From an uncultured Campylobacter sp. (GTDB lineage: Bacteria > Campylobacterota > Campylobacteria > Campylobacterales > Campylobacteraceae), in NCBI GenBank assembly GCA_900319915.1, contig ONQI01000103.1:1-37093 (forward strand): a stretch of 37,093 bases of DNA, given 5' to 3'. Position numbers and translations under genes: made by a program. The notes under the pieces were generated by a model. It had not been told where the DNA came from, made no database searches, and saw only the letters and a list, made by a program, of their open reading frames with translations. Below, piece after piece: positions 1-8,215 of this stretch. Positions within the stretch are counted from its first letter, which is position 1. Each line of letters starts with the position of its first letter.

Positions 1-48
1 AATTTGAATTAAGCAAAGTCGCCTGGCATAATTCAAATTTGAATCGCG

Positions 49-73
49 AAAAAGCCCGCGCGGGGCGGACTTT
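49..73 (-). terminator. Rho-independent terminator after nrfA-like gene
   Basis: Minus strand reads AAAGTCCGC-CCCGC-GCGGGCTTT-TT, a GC-rich stem with a T tail, 15 nt after the stop codon at 88. Confidence 0.65.
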
Positions 74-87
74 CGCAATTATACCAT

Positions 88-1629
88 TTATTTATCTTTT
101 TTGCATAAATGGTCGTAGAAATTAAACGCTTTTTCCACGCCTTCTAATTCTTTAAACAGCGTGCCGTTTGCCTTAGCTTCGGCTAGCCATTTGCGACCCG
201 TTTTGTCTATCCATTCGCATTTTTCTTTGATGAGCTTTTTGCGAGCGGTGGTGTCTACTAGCGCGTAAACGTCGTCTAGGGTTTTAATCTCGGGCGCTTT
301 GTAGTCTCTTACGCCGCGAGAAGCAAGTATGGCGGCGAGTTTGACGCGGGCTTGCATAGCGTAGTCGTTGGCGTCGGAGAATATGCGAAGGCTCTCGTCC
401 GTGGCGTGGAAATACGCGCCAAAGCTAGAATCCACGTAAGTCCAGCGCCATTGAGCTTTGCGTAGCAAATCTAAGACGGGCTTCATTTCTTCTTGCGTCG
501 CGTTTAGTTCCCACGCTTTGGCGGCTTCTAAGTGCGCCGCGGCTAGATTGTCTAGCGAAACGTCGCTGAGACGGTCAAATTTGGCCTTTTTGTCCTTAAC
601 TATCGACGTCAAAATATCCTTTTTGCCCGCGTGGCAAGTGAGGCAGACTTTGTCCATCATTTCAAGGGGATTGCCGATTTTGTGGTGGCTAAACTTGCTT
701 CCGCCCTCGCTGGTGTAAGGCAAGTGACAGTCCGCGCATGCTAGGCCGTTTTTGGCGTGAACTCCTTTTTGGAATAGTTCGTAATCTGGATGCTCGGCGA
801 ATATTATCGGAGCGCGCGAAAAGGTGTTTTCAAAATGCACTTCTCGCTCGCCGCCAAATAGCGCGGGATCGTCGTAGTGGGCTTCGGTTTCTTCTACGCT
901 AAGACCTTTGCTCCATGGGAAAATCACGCCTTTGGCGATTTTTTTGGAGCCGTTCGCGTCCGTGAACTCATATTTTTTGGTGTAGCTTAGGACGTGGCAT
1001 TGCGCGCAAAGAAGCGAGCGTTTTTCTTGGTGAGAGCTGTGTTCCCAGTCCGGCAAGCCCGCCGAGCGAAGAGAATCGTTGAGGTATTCGCGCTTCATCG
1101 CTAGCGCGCCCGTTTTGGGGTCGTGGCAATCTACGCAGCCGATAGGGTTCATTGCCTCTTTGCCGTAGTGAGCGAGGGATTTTGAGTAGAAATTATCCAC
1201 GCCGTCGCGTTCCATGAGCCTAAGAGTGTCGCCGCTGTGGCAGACTAGACAGCGAGATGCGGTGCCGCCTTCTTCGCCTTCCATGGCGCCCGAGATGAGG
1301 TTAAAGACCATGTCGATGTTTTGGTAATAGTGACCGCGACCATGACCTAGCCACGCGCCGTAGTCGTCTTCGCCCATGCGAATGACGGCGATTTTAGGTC
1401 GCGCTTCTAGCAAATCGAGATAGTCCGCGGTTTGCTTAGTTTGCGCCCAAGTTTCGTATTGCTTTGGATAGTAAGGTTTCCAATCCTCGGCTTTATGCTC
1501 GTTCGCCGGCTCTCCGCGCGGGACGCTTAGCATAGCTTTCTCGGCTTGTTTACCGCTAATGTCGGCAAACAACCACCAAAGCGCGCCTATTAAAACTAGC
1601 GCGCCACAGATCGCGAGTAATTTTTTCAT
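88..1629 (-). CDS. nrfA: NrfA-family pentaheme cytochrome c (ammonia-forming nitrite reductase-like), divergent active site
   Basis: 513 aa with an N-terminal hydrophobic anchor and five heme motifs (CLVCH, CVDCH, CAQCH, CADCH, CLTCH). NrfA-like segments WKPYYPKQYETW, RGH, HPDYE, GVHAKNGLACADCH and RKAQWRW...GAYFHA. Adjacent to nrfH. Confidence 0.85.
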   Translation of the reverse strand: MKKLLAICGALVLIGALWWLFADISGKQAEKAMLSVPRGEPANEHKAEDWKPYYPKQYETWAQTKQTADYLDLLEARPKIAVIRMGEDDYGAWLGHGRGHYYQNIDMVFNLISGAMEGEEGGTASRCLVCHSGDTLRLMERDGVDNFYSKSLAHYGKEAMNPIGCVDCHDPKTGALAMKREYLNDSLRSAGLPDWEHSSHQEKRSLLCAQCHVLSYTKKYEFTDANGSKKIAKGVIFPWSKGLSVEETEAHYDDPALFGGEREVHFENTFSRAPIIFAEHPDYELFQKGVHAKNGLACADCHLPYTSEGGSKFSHHKIGNPLEMMDKVCLTCHAGKKDILTSIVKDKKAKFDRLSDVSLDNLAAAHLEAAKAWELNATQEEMKPVLDLLRKAQWRWTYVDSSFGAYFHATDESLRIFSDANDYAMQARVKLAAILASRGVRDYKAPEIKTLDDVYALVDTTARKKLIKEKCEWIDKTGRKWLAEAKANGTLFKELEGVEKAFNFYDHLCKKDK

Positions 1630-1653
1630 TGTTTTTCTCCTTTTGATTTGATT

Positions 1654-2172
1654 TTATTTTCTTGCGCCAAGAGCGTTTGGCACGACGTTTACGCCGCCTA
1701 GATTAGAGTGCGGGACTTCGCGGTGGCAACGCCAACAATATTCGCCGCTTTCATGTGCTTTTTTCAAATCCCCGCTCAAATTTGAATTAGAGACGAGCGC
1801 GGCGGCTTGTCTAGGGTGGCATTTCTCGCAGTTATTTTGCACGATATTTGACGCGCTTTGGCTAATCTTGATCGAGCCTTCGCGCTCGCCAAAAGTAAAA
1901 GCGTAGGCGTGATGAAGTCCGTCGCTAGCCTTGGCGAGCCAGTAGTTAGCGAAGCCGTCATGGGGCAAATGGCAATCCACGCAACCGGCTCTCGTCCCGT
2001 GCGAGCCGTGCTGCCAAGTGGCGTAAAATCCGTCCATCACGTGGCAATTTACACAGGCTTTGGGATCGGCGCCTAGATACGAAAATATCTCGGCTCTTTG
2101 CGCGGTAGCTAGCGCGAGCCCCGCGAAAATACAGCCCAAAACCGCTATCGCGATAATGAAACGATTTTTCAA
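1654..2172 (-). CDS. nrfH: Tetraheme membrane-anchored quinol dehydrogenase NrfH (NapC/NirT family)
   Basis: N-terminal TM helix, SYLGADPKACVNCHVM, four CxxCH motifs, CWRCHREVPH. TTG start with AGGAGG RBS upstream. Confidence 0.92.
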   Translation of the reverse strand: MKNRFIIAIAVLGCIFAGLALATAQRAEIFSYLGADPKACVNCHVMDGFYATWQHGSHGTRAGCVDCHLPHDGFANYWLAKASDGLHHAYAFTFGEREGSIKISQSASNIVQNNCEKCHPRQAAALVSNSNLSGDLKKAHESGEYCWRCHREVPHSNLGGVNVVPNALGARK

Positions 2173-2207
2173 GTTTTCCTCCTTTTTGTTTGGGGAAAAT
2201 TTAGAGC

Positions 2208-2229
2208 AAAAGTATAAAAAAAGTATAAA
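2208..2229. promoter_or_regulatory. 11-bp tandem direct repeat (AAAAGTATAAA x2) upstream of nrfH
   Basis: Exact tandem repeat 36-57 nt upstream of the nrfH start; reads TTTATACTTTT twice on the minus strand. Confidence 0.35.
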
Positions 2230-2273
2230 AATGAGAAATTTTGTTTAAAATTCGTTAATGTAACTCAAATTTG

Positions 2274-2292
2274 AATTATCTTTATCATTATC
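2274..2292. promoter_or_regulatory. Candidate Fur-family box
   Basis: Reverse complement GATAATGATAAAGATAATT matches the classical GATAATGATAATCATTATC at 15/19 and is a three-hexamer GATAAW array. Confidence 0.45.
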
Positions 2293-2316
2293 TAAACTCA
2301 AAATTCACAATTTTAA

Positions 2317-2324
2317 GCTAAAAT
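2317..2324 (+). promoter_or_regulatory. sigma70 -10 box for macA operon
   Basis: gcTAAAAT (Campylobacter-type gnTAnAAT) 26 nt before the ATG, with AAGGA RBS in between. Confidence 0.55.
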
Positions 2325-2349
2325 ACGCCAAAAACGCAAGGAAAAGCAA

Positions 2350-3534
2350 ATGAAAAAATGGCTAATTCTCGTCGCGCTTGTCGGAGCCGGGCTTGCGGCG
2401 TATTTCACGCTGGGCAAAAGCGAAAACAAAAACCAAATCCTAACCGCCACCGTAAAACGCGCCGACCTTACCCAAAGCGTCGAAGCCGTCGGCGAAGTTT
2501 ACGCCGAAAATCTCGTCGTCGTGGGCGCGCAAGTAAGCGGTAAGATTGAGAAGTTATTTGTCAAAATCGGCGATAAGGTCAAAAAAGGCGACAAAATCGC
2601 CAAAATCGACGCCGAAACCAAGCAAAATACGCTTGATCAACAAGAAGCGGAGCTCGATATTCAAAACGCAAATCTAAACTCTGCTCAAATCGCCTATGAC
2701 ATCGCGCGAACACAGTATTTGCGCGAACTCGAACTCGCTAAGCACAACGCCACGAGCAAACAAAACGTGGAAAACTTCAAAAACACTCTAAGCAGCGCGG
2801 AAGCCATGCTCAAAGAGTTAAAATCTAAAATCAAAAAGACCAAAATCGAAATCAAAACAGCCAGGACAAATCTCGGCTATACCGACATCACCGCGCCTTT
2901 TGACGGCACGATAGTCTCGGTGCCTGTAGAAGTGGGTCAAACTCTCAACGCCAACCAAACCACGCCGACCGTGGTAAATATCGCAGACCTTACCAAGATG
3001 GAAATCAAAATGAAAGTCAGCGAGGCCGATATCGCGCATGTAAAAGTGGGCGACAAGGTGCGCTACTACACCATTGGCAACCAAAAAAAGATTTTCGAGG
3101 GCACGGTGAGTTCGATAGATCCGGGGCTCACCACGCTTAGCGACGGTAGCTATTCGACGACTTCTTCTTCTGGTTCGAGTAGTTCCAGCTCTAGTAGTTC
3201 TTCGGCGGTGTATTATTACGCCAAAATCCGCGTGGACAACACCGACGGCGCGCTTCGCATAGGTATGACTACGCAAAACGAAATCATTATAGCGCAGATT
3301 AAAAACGCTCTTTCTTTGCCGACGCTCGCTATCAAAAACGACGCGGAGGGGACGTACGTACTTGTCAAAGAAGGCGAAGAAATCCGTCCGGTTCGCGTAA
3401 AAACCGGCATTAGCACTAGCGTCGATACTGAAATTTTAGAAGGTTTGAGCGAAGGTCAAGTGATCGTTACCTCGCAAATGAGCGCGGAAGAGCTCGCTAA
3501 AACAATGAAAAAAGCGCATATGAGAATGAGATGA
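2350..3534 (+). CDS. macA: Efflux periplasmic adaptor (membrane fusion protein) MacA
   Basis: N-terminal anchor, VGAQVSGKI lipoyl half, alpha-hairpin, ITAPFDGTIV, GQTLNANQTTP, LRIGMT. Overlaps macB by ATGA. Confidence 0.9.
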   Translation: MKKWLILVALVGAGLAAYFTLGKSENKNQILTATVKRADLTQSVEAVGEVYAENLVVVGAQVSGKIEKLFVKIGDKVKKGDKIAKIDAETKQNTLDQQEAELDIQNANLNSAQIAYDIARTQYLRELELAKHNATSKQNVENFKNTLSSAEAMLKELKSKIKKTKIEIKTARTNLGYTDITAPFDGTIVSVPVEVGQTLNANQTTPTVVNIADLTKMEIKMKVSEADIAHVKVGDKVRYYTIGNQKKIFEGTVSSIDPGLTTLSDGSYSTTSSSGSSSSSSSSSSAVYYYAKIRVDNTDGALRIGMTTQNEIIIAQIKNALSLPTLAIKNDAEGTYVLVKEGEEIRPVRVKTGISTSVDTEILEGLSEGQVIVTSQMSAEELAKTMKKAHMRMR

Positions 3535-5459
3535 TTAAGCTCGTAAATATCACCAAAAGCTTTCAAAACGGTCCTGAAAAAACGCTTGTTCTAAAAGGTA
3601 TAAACCTCGAAATCAAGCGCGGCGAGTTCGTTTCTATCGTGGGTCAAAGCGGATCTGGCAAGAGCACGCTTATGAATATCCTCGGCTGCCTCGATACCCC
3701 GAGCGGCGGCGAATATTTGCTAGAAGGACAGGATATCAGCAGTTTTGACAAGGACGCACTTTCAAATTTGAGACTCAAAAAATTCGGCTTCATTTTTCAG
3801 CGCTATAATCTTCTGGGCGCAAGCGACGCCAAAAATAACGTCGCGCTCCCGGGAATTTATGCGGGTATGAGCGCCGAAGAAAGGATTGCTCGTAGCAAAA
3901 AGCTGCTTGACATGCTAGGGCTTAGCGATAAAGTCGATTCTATGCCAAATCAACTCAGCGGCGGACAACAACAACGTATTTCGATAGCCCGCGCCCTAAT
4001 GAACGGCGGCGAGATATTGCTGTGCGACGAGCCCACGGGAGCGCTCGATAGCAAGAGCGGTATCGTCGTCATGGAAATCCTCAAAAAACTCCACGAGCAA
4101 GGTCGCACCATCATCGTAGTCACGCACGACAAAAATATCGCCTCGTGGGCGAACCGCATCATAGAAATCAAAGACGGAAATATCATCTCCGATACCAAAA
4201 CCAAAGACGAGATATTCAAATTTGAAGACCAAAAAGCCGTCATAAAGAGCGGTTTTGGCAGCATAAAAGACCGCCTAATGGAGGCGTTTGGCATGTCGGT
4301 GGACGCTATCAAAGCTCACAAACTCCGCTCGTTTCTTACGATGCTTGGTATCATCATCGGTATTACTTCGGTCATTTGCGTGGTGGCTTTGGGCAAGGGT
4401 AGCCAAGCCAAAATCCTAGCCGACATCAACAAGGTGGGCACTAGCACGATACGCATAATGCCCGGCAAGAGTTGGGGCGATCCTAATATCAAAAAAATCA
4501 AAAACTTCACTCTAGACGATGCCGTGATGCTTGGCAAGCTTGATTTTATCGACGACGCGACGCCTATGATTTCTTCTAGCGGACTGCTGATGTATGCGAA
4601 CAAATCAGCCAGCGCGAACCTTCGCGGCGGTAGCGAGAGTTCGCTTAAAATCAGCGGCGTGGAAATCATAGAAGGACGAGATTTCGCCCGCAGCGACATC
4701 GAAAACTCAGCCTCCGTCGCCATCATAGACAACAATGTCAAAAACGAGTTTTTCGGGGGCGAAGACCCGCTTGGCAAAACGATACTTTACAACAAAAAAC
4801 CATTTAAAATCATCGGCGTCGGCAAAAAGGACGAAGGCGCGTTTGGTAGCGAGAGTTTGACTATTTATTTGCCTTATTCTACCACGATGAACAAGGTTAC
4901 GGGAGATAGAAACCTTCGCTCAATCGTGCTCAAACTCAAAGACGGCGTCAATTCTCAGCTCGTCGAGCGTGCGATTACCGAGATTATGGTTAGCCGCCGC
5001 GGAACGCAGGATTTTCATATCAACAACTCTGATACTATCATGCAAACGGTTAAGAGCGCGACCGATACCATGCGGCTTTTAATCTCCGGAATAGCGCTCA
5101 TTTCACTCATAGTGGGCGGTATCGGCGTGATGAATATCATGTTAGTTTCGGTGATAGAGCGCACCAAAGAAATTGGCATTCGCATGGCTATCGGTGCCAA
5201 GGGCAGCGACATTATGATTCAGTTTCTCATCGAGGCGGTGCTACTTTGCGCTTTTGGCGGACTCGTGGGCGTGAGCTTAGCATACGCGATAGGAGCGGGG
5301 TTTAACGCGTTTTTGGGAGATAAGTTTAGTATGCTTTTTAGCTCAGAATCCGTAGTTATCGCTTTTGGGATTTCGAGCCTAATCGGCATTATTTTTGGCT
5401 ATATGCCGGCCAAAAACGCCGCCAAACTAAACCCAATCGACGCGCTTTCAAGGGAGTAA
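3531..5459 (+). CDS. macB: MacB ABC transporter (ATPase plus permease)
   Basis: Walker A GQSGSGKS, LSGGQQQR, DEPTGALD, LRSFLTMLGIIIG and GGIGVMNIMLVSVIERTKEIGIRMAIGA. Confidence 0.95.
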   Translation: MIKLVNITKSFQNGPEKTLVLKGINLEIKRGEFVSIVGQSGSGKSTLMNILGCLDTPSGGEYLLEGQDISSFDKDALSNLRLKKFGFIFQRYNLLGASDAKNNVALPGIYAGMSAEERIARSKKLLDMLGLSDKVDSMPNQLSGGQQQRISIARALMNGGEILLCDEPTGALDSKSGIVVMEILKKLHEQGRTIIVVTHDKNIASWANRIIEIKDGNIISDTKTKDEIFKFEDQKAVIKSGFGSIKDRLMEAFGMSVDAIKAHKLRSFLTMLGIIIGITSVICVVALGKGSQAKILADINKVGTSTIRIMPGKSWGDPNIKKIKNFTLDDAVMLGKLDFIDDATPMISSSGLLMYANKSASANLRGGSESSLKISGVEIIEGRDFARSDIENSASVAIIDNNVKNEFFGGEDPLGKTILYNKKPFKIIGVGKKDEGAFGSESLTIYLPYSTTMNKVTGDRNLRSIVLKLKDGVNSQLVERAITEIMVSRRGTQDFHINNSDTIMQTVKSATDTMRLLISGIALISLIVGGIGVMNIMLVSVIERTKEIGIRMAIGAKGSDIMIQFLIEAVLLCAFGGLVGVSLAYAIGAGFNAFLGDKFSMLFSSESVVIAFGISSLIGIIFGYMPAKNAAKLNPIDALSRE

Positions 5460-5461
5460 AA

Positions 5462-6814
5462 GTGAAAAAATACGTATTTTTAGCCGTTCTAGCCGCGCTA
5501 TTTTTGGGCGGCTGCGCAAGTAAGGATTTGAACTACGAACCGCGCGAGGTCGTGCGCGACTATAATGCGAGCTGGCAATTCAAATTTGAAAACGCCAAAC
5601 TAAACGAGCTAATCGACATGGCGCTTAGAAACAACGAAAATTTGCGCGTGGCGGCGGCGAATCTGGGCAAAGCCCTAGCCAACGCGGGGCTTGCGAGGGA
5701 CGATTTGTTTCCGACTCTTAGCGCGAGCGCGAGCGGTACTACAAGCCGCGATATTTCGACCAATGATAATTGGGCTAAAACCTACAAAAGCCAGTTCGCG
5801 CTAAGCTGGGAGCTCGATATTTACGGGCGCATTTACGACGCTTACGCGAGCAAAAACTGGAGTGCTATAGAGAGCTCTCTTAGTCTCGTCAATACTCGCC
5901 TAAGTATCGTAAATTCTGTTATAGACGAGTATTTTCATATTTTATATCTCAACGACCAAATCCGCAATCTTAATTCAAATTTGAATAACTTGCGCGAACT
6001 CGACGCGCTTGTAAATCAAAAATATACTCTTGGCAAAGAGGAGTTTTTGGCCGTGCGCCAAAGTCGCCAAAATATGCTAAACGTAGAAAATAACCTACTT
6101 GCCGCCCGTCGCAATCTCGAGACGAGCTATGAGACTCTAAATAATCTAACGAGAAATTCCGAGCGTTTCGACGAGCTTGGAATTTTGGATTTTAATTTAG
6201 AGGATTTGGATTTCAAATTTGAAATAGGCGAGGGAGGCGAGGTTAAATTTGATTTTATCGAGGATTTTGAGGGGCGAATCGCGCGTCGTCCCGACGTGAA
6301 CGCCGCTTTGGCCGCGCTAAACGCCGCGTTTTACGATTACCGAGGGGCGCAAAAGGCGTTTTATCCTAGCATTACCGTGGGCGGCTCGCTCGGCGATAGC
6401 GACGAGAAGTTTAGTAAGAGTTTTGGTTTTAATCTGCTTAGCGGCAATTTTAGCGTAAAACTGCCTTTTTTAGATTATTTCAGACTCAAAAACAAGCTAA
6501 AAGTCAGCGAGTATGCGTTCGAGGGGCTTCGCGCGACCTATGAAAAAACGCTCAAAAACGCGATAAACGAGGCGATAAAATATGGCGCGTATTATGAAAT
6601 CGACCGCGCCGATCTCGAAAATCTAGAAAAAATTTTAGCCGAAAATGAGAAAATAGTGGAACTTTACGAGCGCAAATACGACGCCGGCCGCACGGAGTTA
6701 AAAGACTTGCTTAACGCTCGCAACGACTTAATTGGGACGCAAAATTCGTTTTTAAAACAAAAATATTTGATAATTTCGGATTACATAAGTTATAACAAGG
6801 CTTCGGCGCGTTAA
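5462..6814 (+). CDS. TolC/OMF-family outer-membrane efflux lipoprotein
   Basis: GTG start, lipobox LGGC, LIDMALRNN, SWELDIYGR, RRPDV, AFYPSITVGG. Third gene of the macAB operon. Confidence 0.88.
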   Translation: MKKYVFLAVLAALFLGGCASKDLNYEPREVVRDYNASWQFKFENAKLNELIDMALRNNENLRVAAANLGKALANAGLARDDLFPTLSASASGTTSRDISTNDNWAKTYKSQFALSWELDIYGRIYDAYASKNWSAIESSLSLVNTRLSIVNSVIDEYFHILYLNDQIRNLNSNLNNLRELDALVNQKYTLGKEEFLAVRQSRQNMLNVENNLLAARRNLETSYETLNNLTRNSERFDELGILDFNLEDLDFKFEIGEGGEVKFDFIEDFEGRIARRPDVNAALAALNAAFYDYRGAQKAFYPSITVGGSLGDSDEKFSKSFGFNLLSGNFSVKLPFLDYFRLKNKLKVSEYAFEGLRATYEKTLKNAINEAIKYGAYYEIDRADLENLEKILAENEKIVELYERKYDAGRTELKDLLNARNDLIGTQNSFLKQKYLIISDYISYNKASAR

Positions 6815-6879
6815 TGTGGGCGACTTGGCTTTTGCGCAAAAACCTTTACCGCGAAAGTTTTCGCTAATTCAAATTTGAA

Positions 6880-8145
6880 ATGAAATTATTTGAAAGTAAA
6901 TTTGAAATAGCAATTTTCATCGGCGTTTGTTTGGCGATTTTCGCCGCGAACGTGACGTGGGAATATTTCAAATTTGAAAAGTTTGTCGCCGATGGGCGCG
7001 TGGAAATTACGGCAAAAGTCCTTCTTAACTACGTCAAAAATGGCGCTAAGAGCGATTACCGCGTGCTCAAACTTCGCGCGGACGGGTTTGATTTTTACAC
7101 TACCACGAGACGCAAAAACTTCTCCGCCGCCGCCGTTACCCTCGTCGCGGACACTTCGGGCGTGAGTTTTGCGGAGTATCTTAAAAAGACCTTTTATATG
7201 CCAAGCTACAAACTTCGCGCCGCGCCTCTTAAAAAGGGCGTTCGCGAGCGACTTTACGATTTGGTTGCCGCCCGGCACGAAAACCCAAAGATGAAAGAAC
7301 TCTTCGCGGCTCTCTTTCTCGCCGCGCCCGTCTCTCGTGAGCTTCGCGCGGACGTTACGAACTGGGGCGTGGCGCATATAATTAGCATTAGCGGCTTTCA
7401 CCTGGGTCTGCTTTTTGCCATAGCGTTTTTTATTTTGCGCCCGCCTTACCGAGCCTTGCAGAGCCGCTATTTCCCATGGCGCGACGCGAATTTCGACCTT
7501 AGTTTTTTCATTCTTGCTTGCGCGGGATTTTATCTTTGGATTTTGGACTTTACGCCAAGTTTTCTACGCTCTTACCTCATGGGAGTTGTCGGGTTTTTCT
7601 TTTTGGCGCGCGGTCTTGGCGTTTTCAAATTTGAAAATCTCTTTGTTTGCGCCGCTCTCGCGCTCGCGTTTAATCCGAGCCTGCTTTTTTCGATAGGATT
7701 TTATTTTTCGGCTCTAGGGGTGTTTTTCATTTTTCTCTATATCCACCATTTTGGCGATGCGAGAGACCTTGAAAGCGCGCCAAAAATGCTTGCTCACACT
7801 CTCTTGCTCGAACTTTTCGTGTTTAGCGCGATGAACGTGCCCGTTTATTACTTTTTTCATCCCGCGGGCGTTTTTCAGCTTTCCGTGATACCGCTAGGAT
7901 ACGCGTTTAGCGTGTTTTACCCGCTTGAAATCGCGCTCCACCTTTTGGGGCGGGGCGATTTGCTAGACGAGTATTTGCTGCGCTTCATCCCGCTTGCGAG
8001 TTCTAGCGCGCAAATCAGCGTTCATCCTTTGATTTTTTGGGCGTTTAACGCTCTTTTATTGCCCGCTATCAAATTTAAATGGCTCGCGGTTTTTCTCGCC
8101 GTTTTTGGTATGGCGGTTTACGCGTTTGGATTAATTCAAATTTGA
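6880..8145 (+). CDS. comEC: ComEC/Rec2 competence membrane channel (no metallo-beta-lactamase domain)
   Basis: Polytopic membrane protein with GVAHIISISGFHLG, PSFLRS and NPSLLFSIGFYFS, which are Competence-domain signatures. Confidence 0.88.
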   Translation: MKLFESKFEIAIFIGVCLAIFAANVTWEYFKFEKFVADGRVEITAKVLLNYVKNGAKSDYRVLKLRADGFDFYTTTRRKNFSAAAVTLVADTSGVSFAEYLKKTFYMPSYKLRAAPLKKGVRERLYDLVAARHENPKMKELFAALFLAAPVSRELRADVTNWGVAHIISISGFHLGLLFAIAFFILRPPYRALQSRYFPWRDANFDLSFFILACAGFYLWILDFTPSFLRSYLMGVVGFFFLARGLGVFKFENLFVCAALALAFNPSLLFSIGFYFSALGVFFIFLYIHHFGDARDLESAPKMLAHTLLLELFVFSAMNVPVYYFFHPAGVFQLSVIPLGYAFSVFYPLEIALHLLGRGDLLDEYLLRFIPLASSSAQISVHPLIFWAFNALLLPAIKFKWLAVFLAVFGMAVYAFGLIQI

Positions 8146-8178
8146 ACGGTTCAAATTTGAATTATTAAGCAATTTTTC

Positions 8179-8186
8179 GCTAAAAT
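8179..8186 (+). promoter_or_regulatory. sigma70 -10 box for asd-hemE operon
   Basis: gcTAAAAT preceded by TTAAGCAATTTTT; AAGGA RBS before the ATG at 8216. Confidence 0.6.
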
Positions 8187-8215
8187 ACGCCAATTTTACT
8201 TTCAAAGGACGCTAG

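Noticed and set aside
2254-2264. GTTAATGTAAC as an NssR/Nss box upstream of nrfH
   Set aside because: It does not match TTAAC-N4-GTTAA in orientation or spacing and is too short to call.
3148-3204. Poly-Ser tract in MacA
   Set aside because: It uses mixed codons, so it is not a slippage or phase-variation tract; Ser-rich linkers before AVYY are usual in this MacA group.
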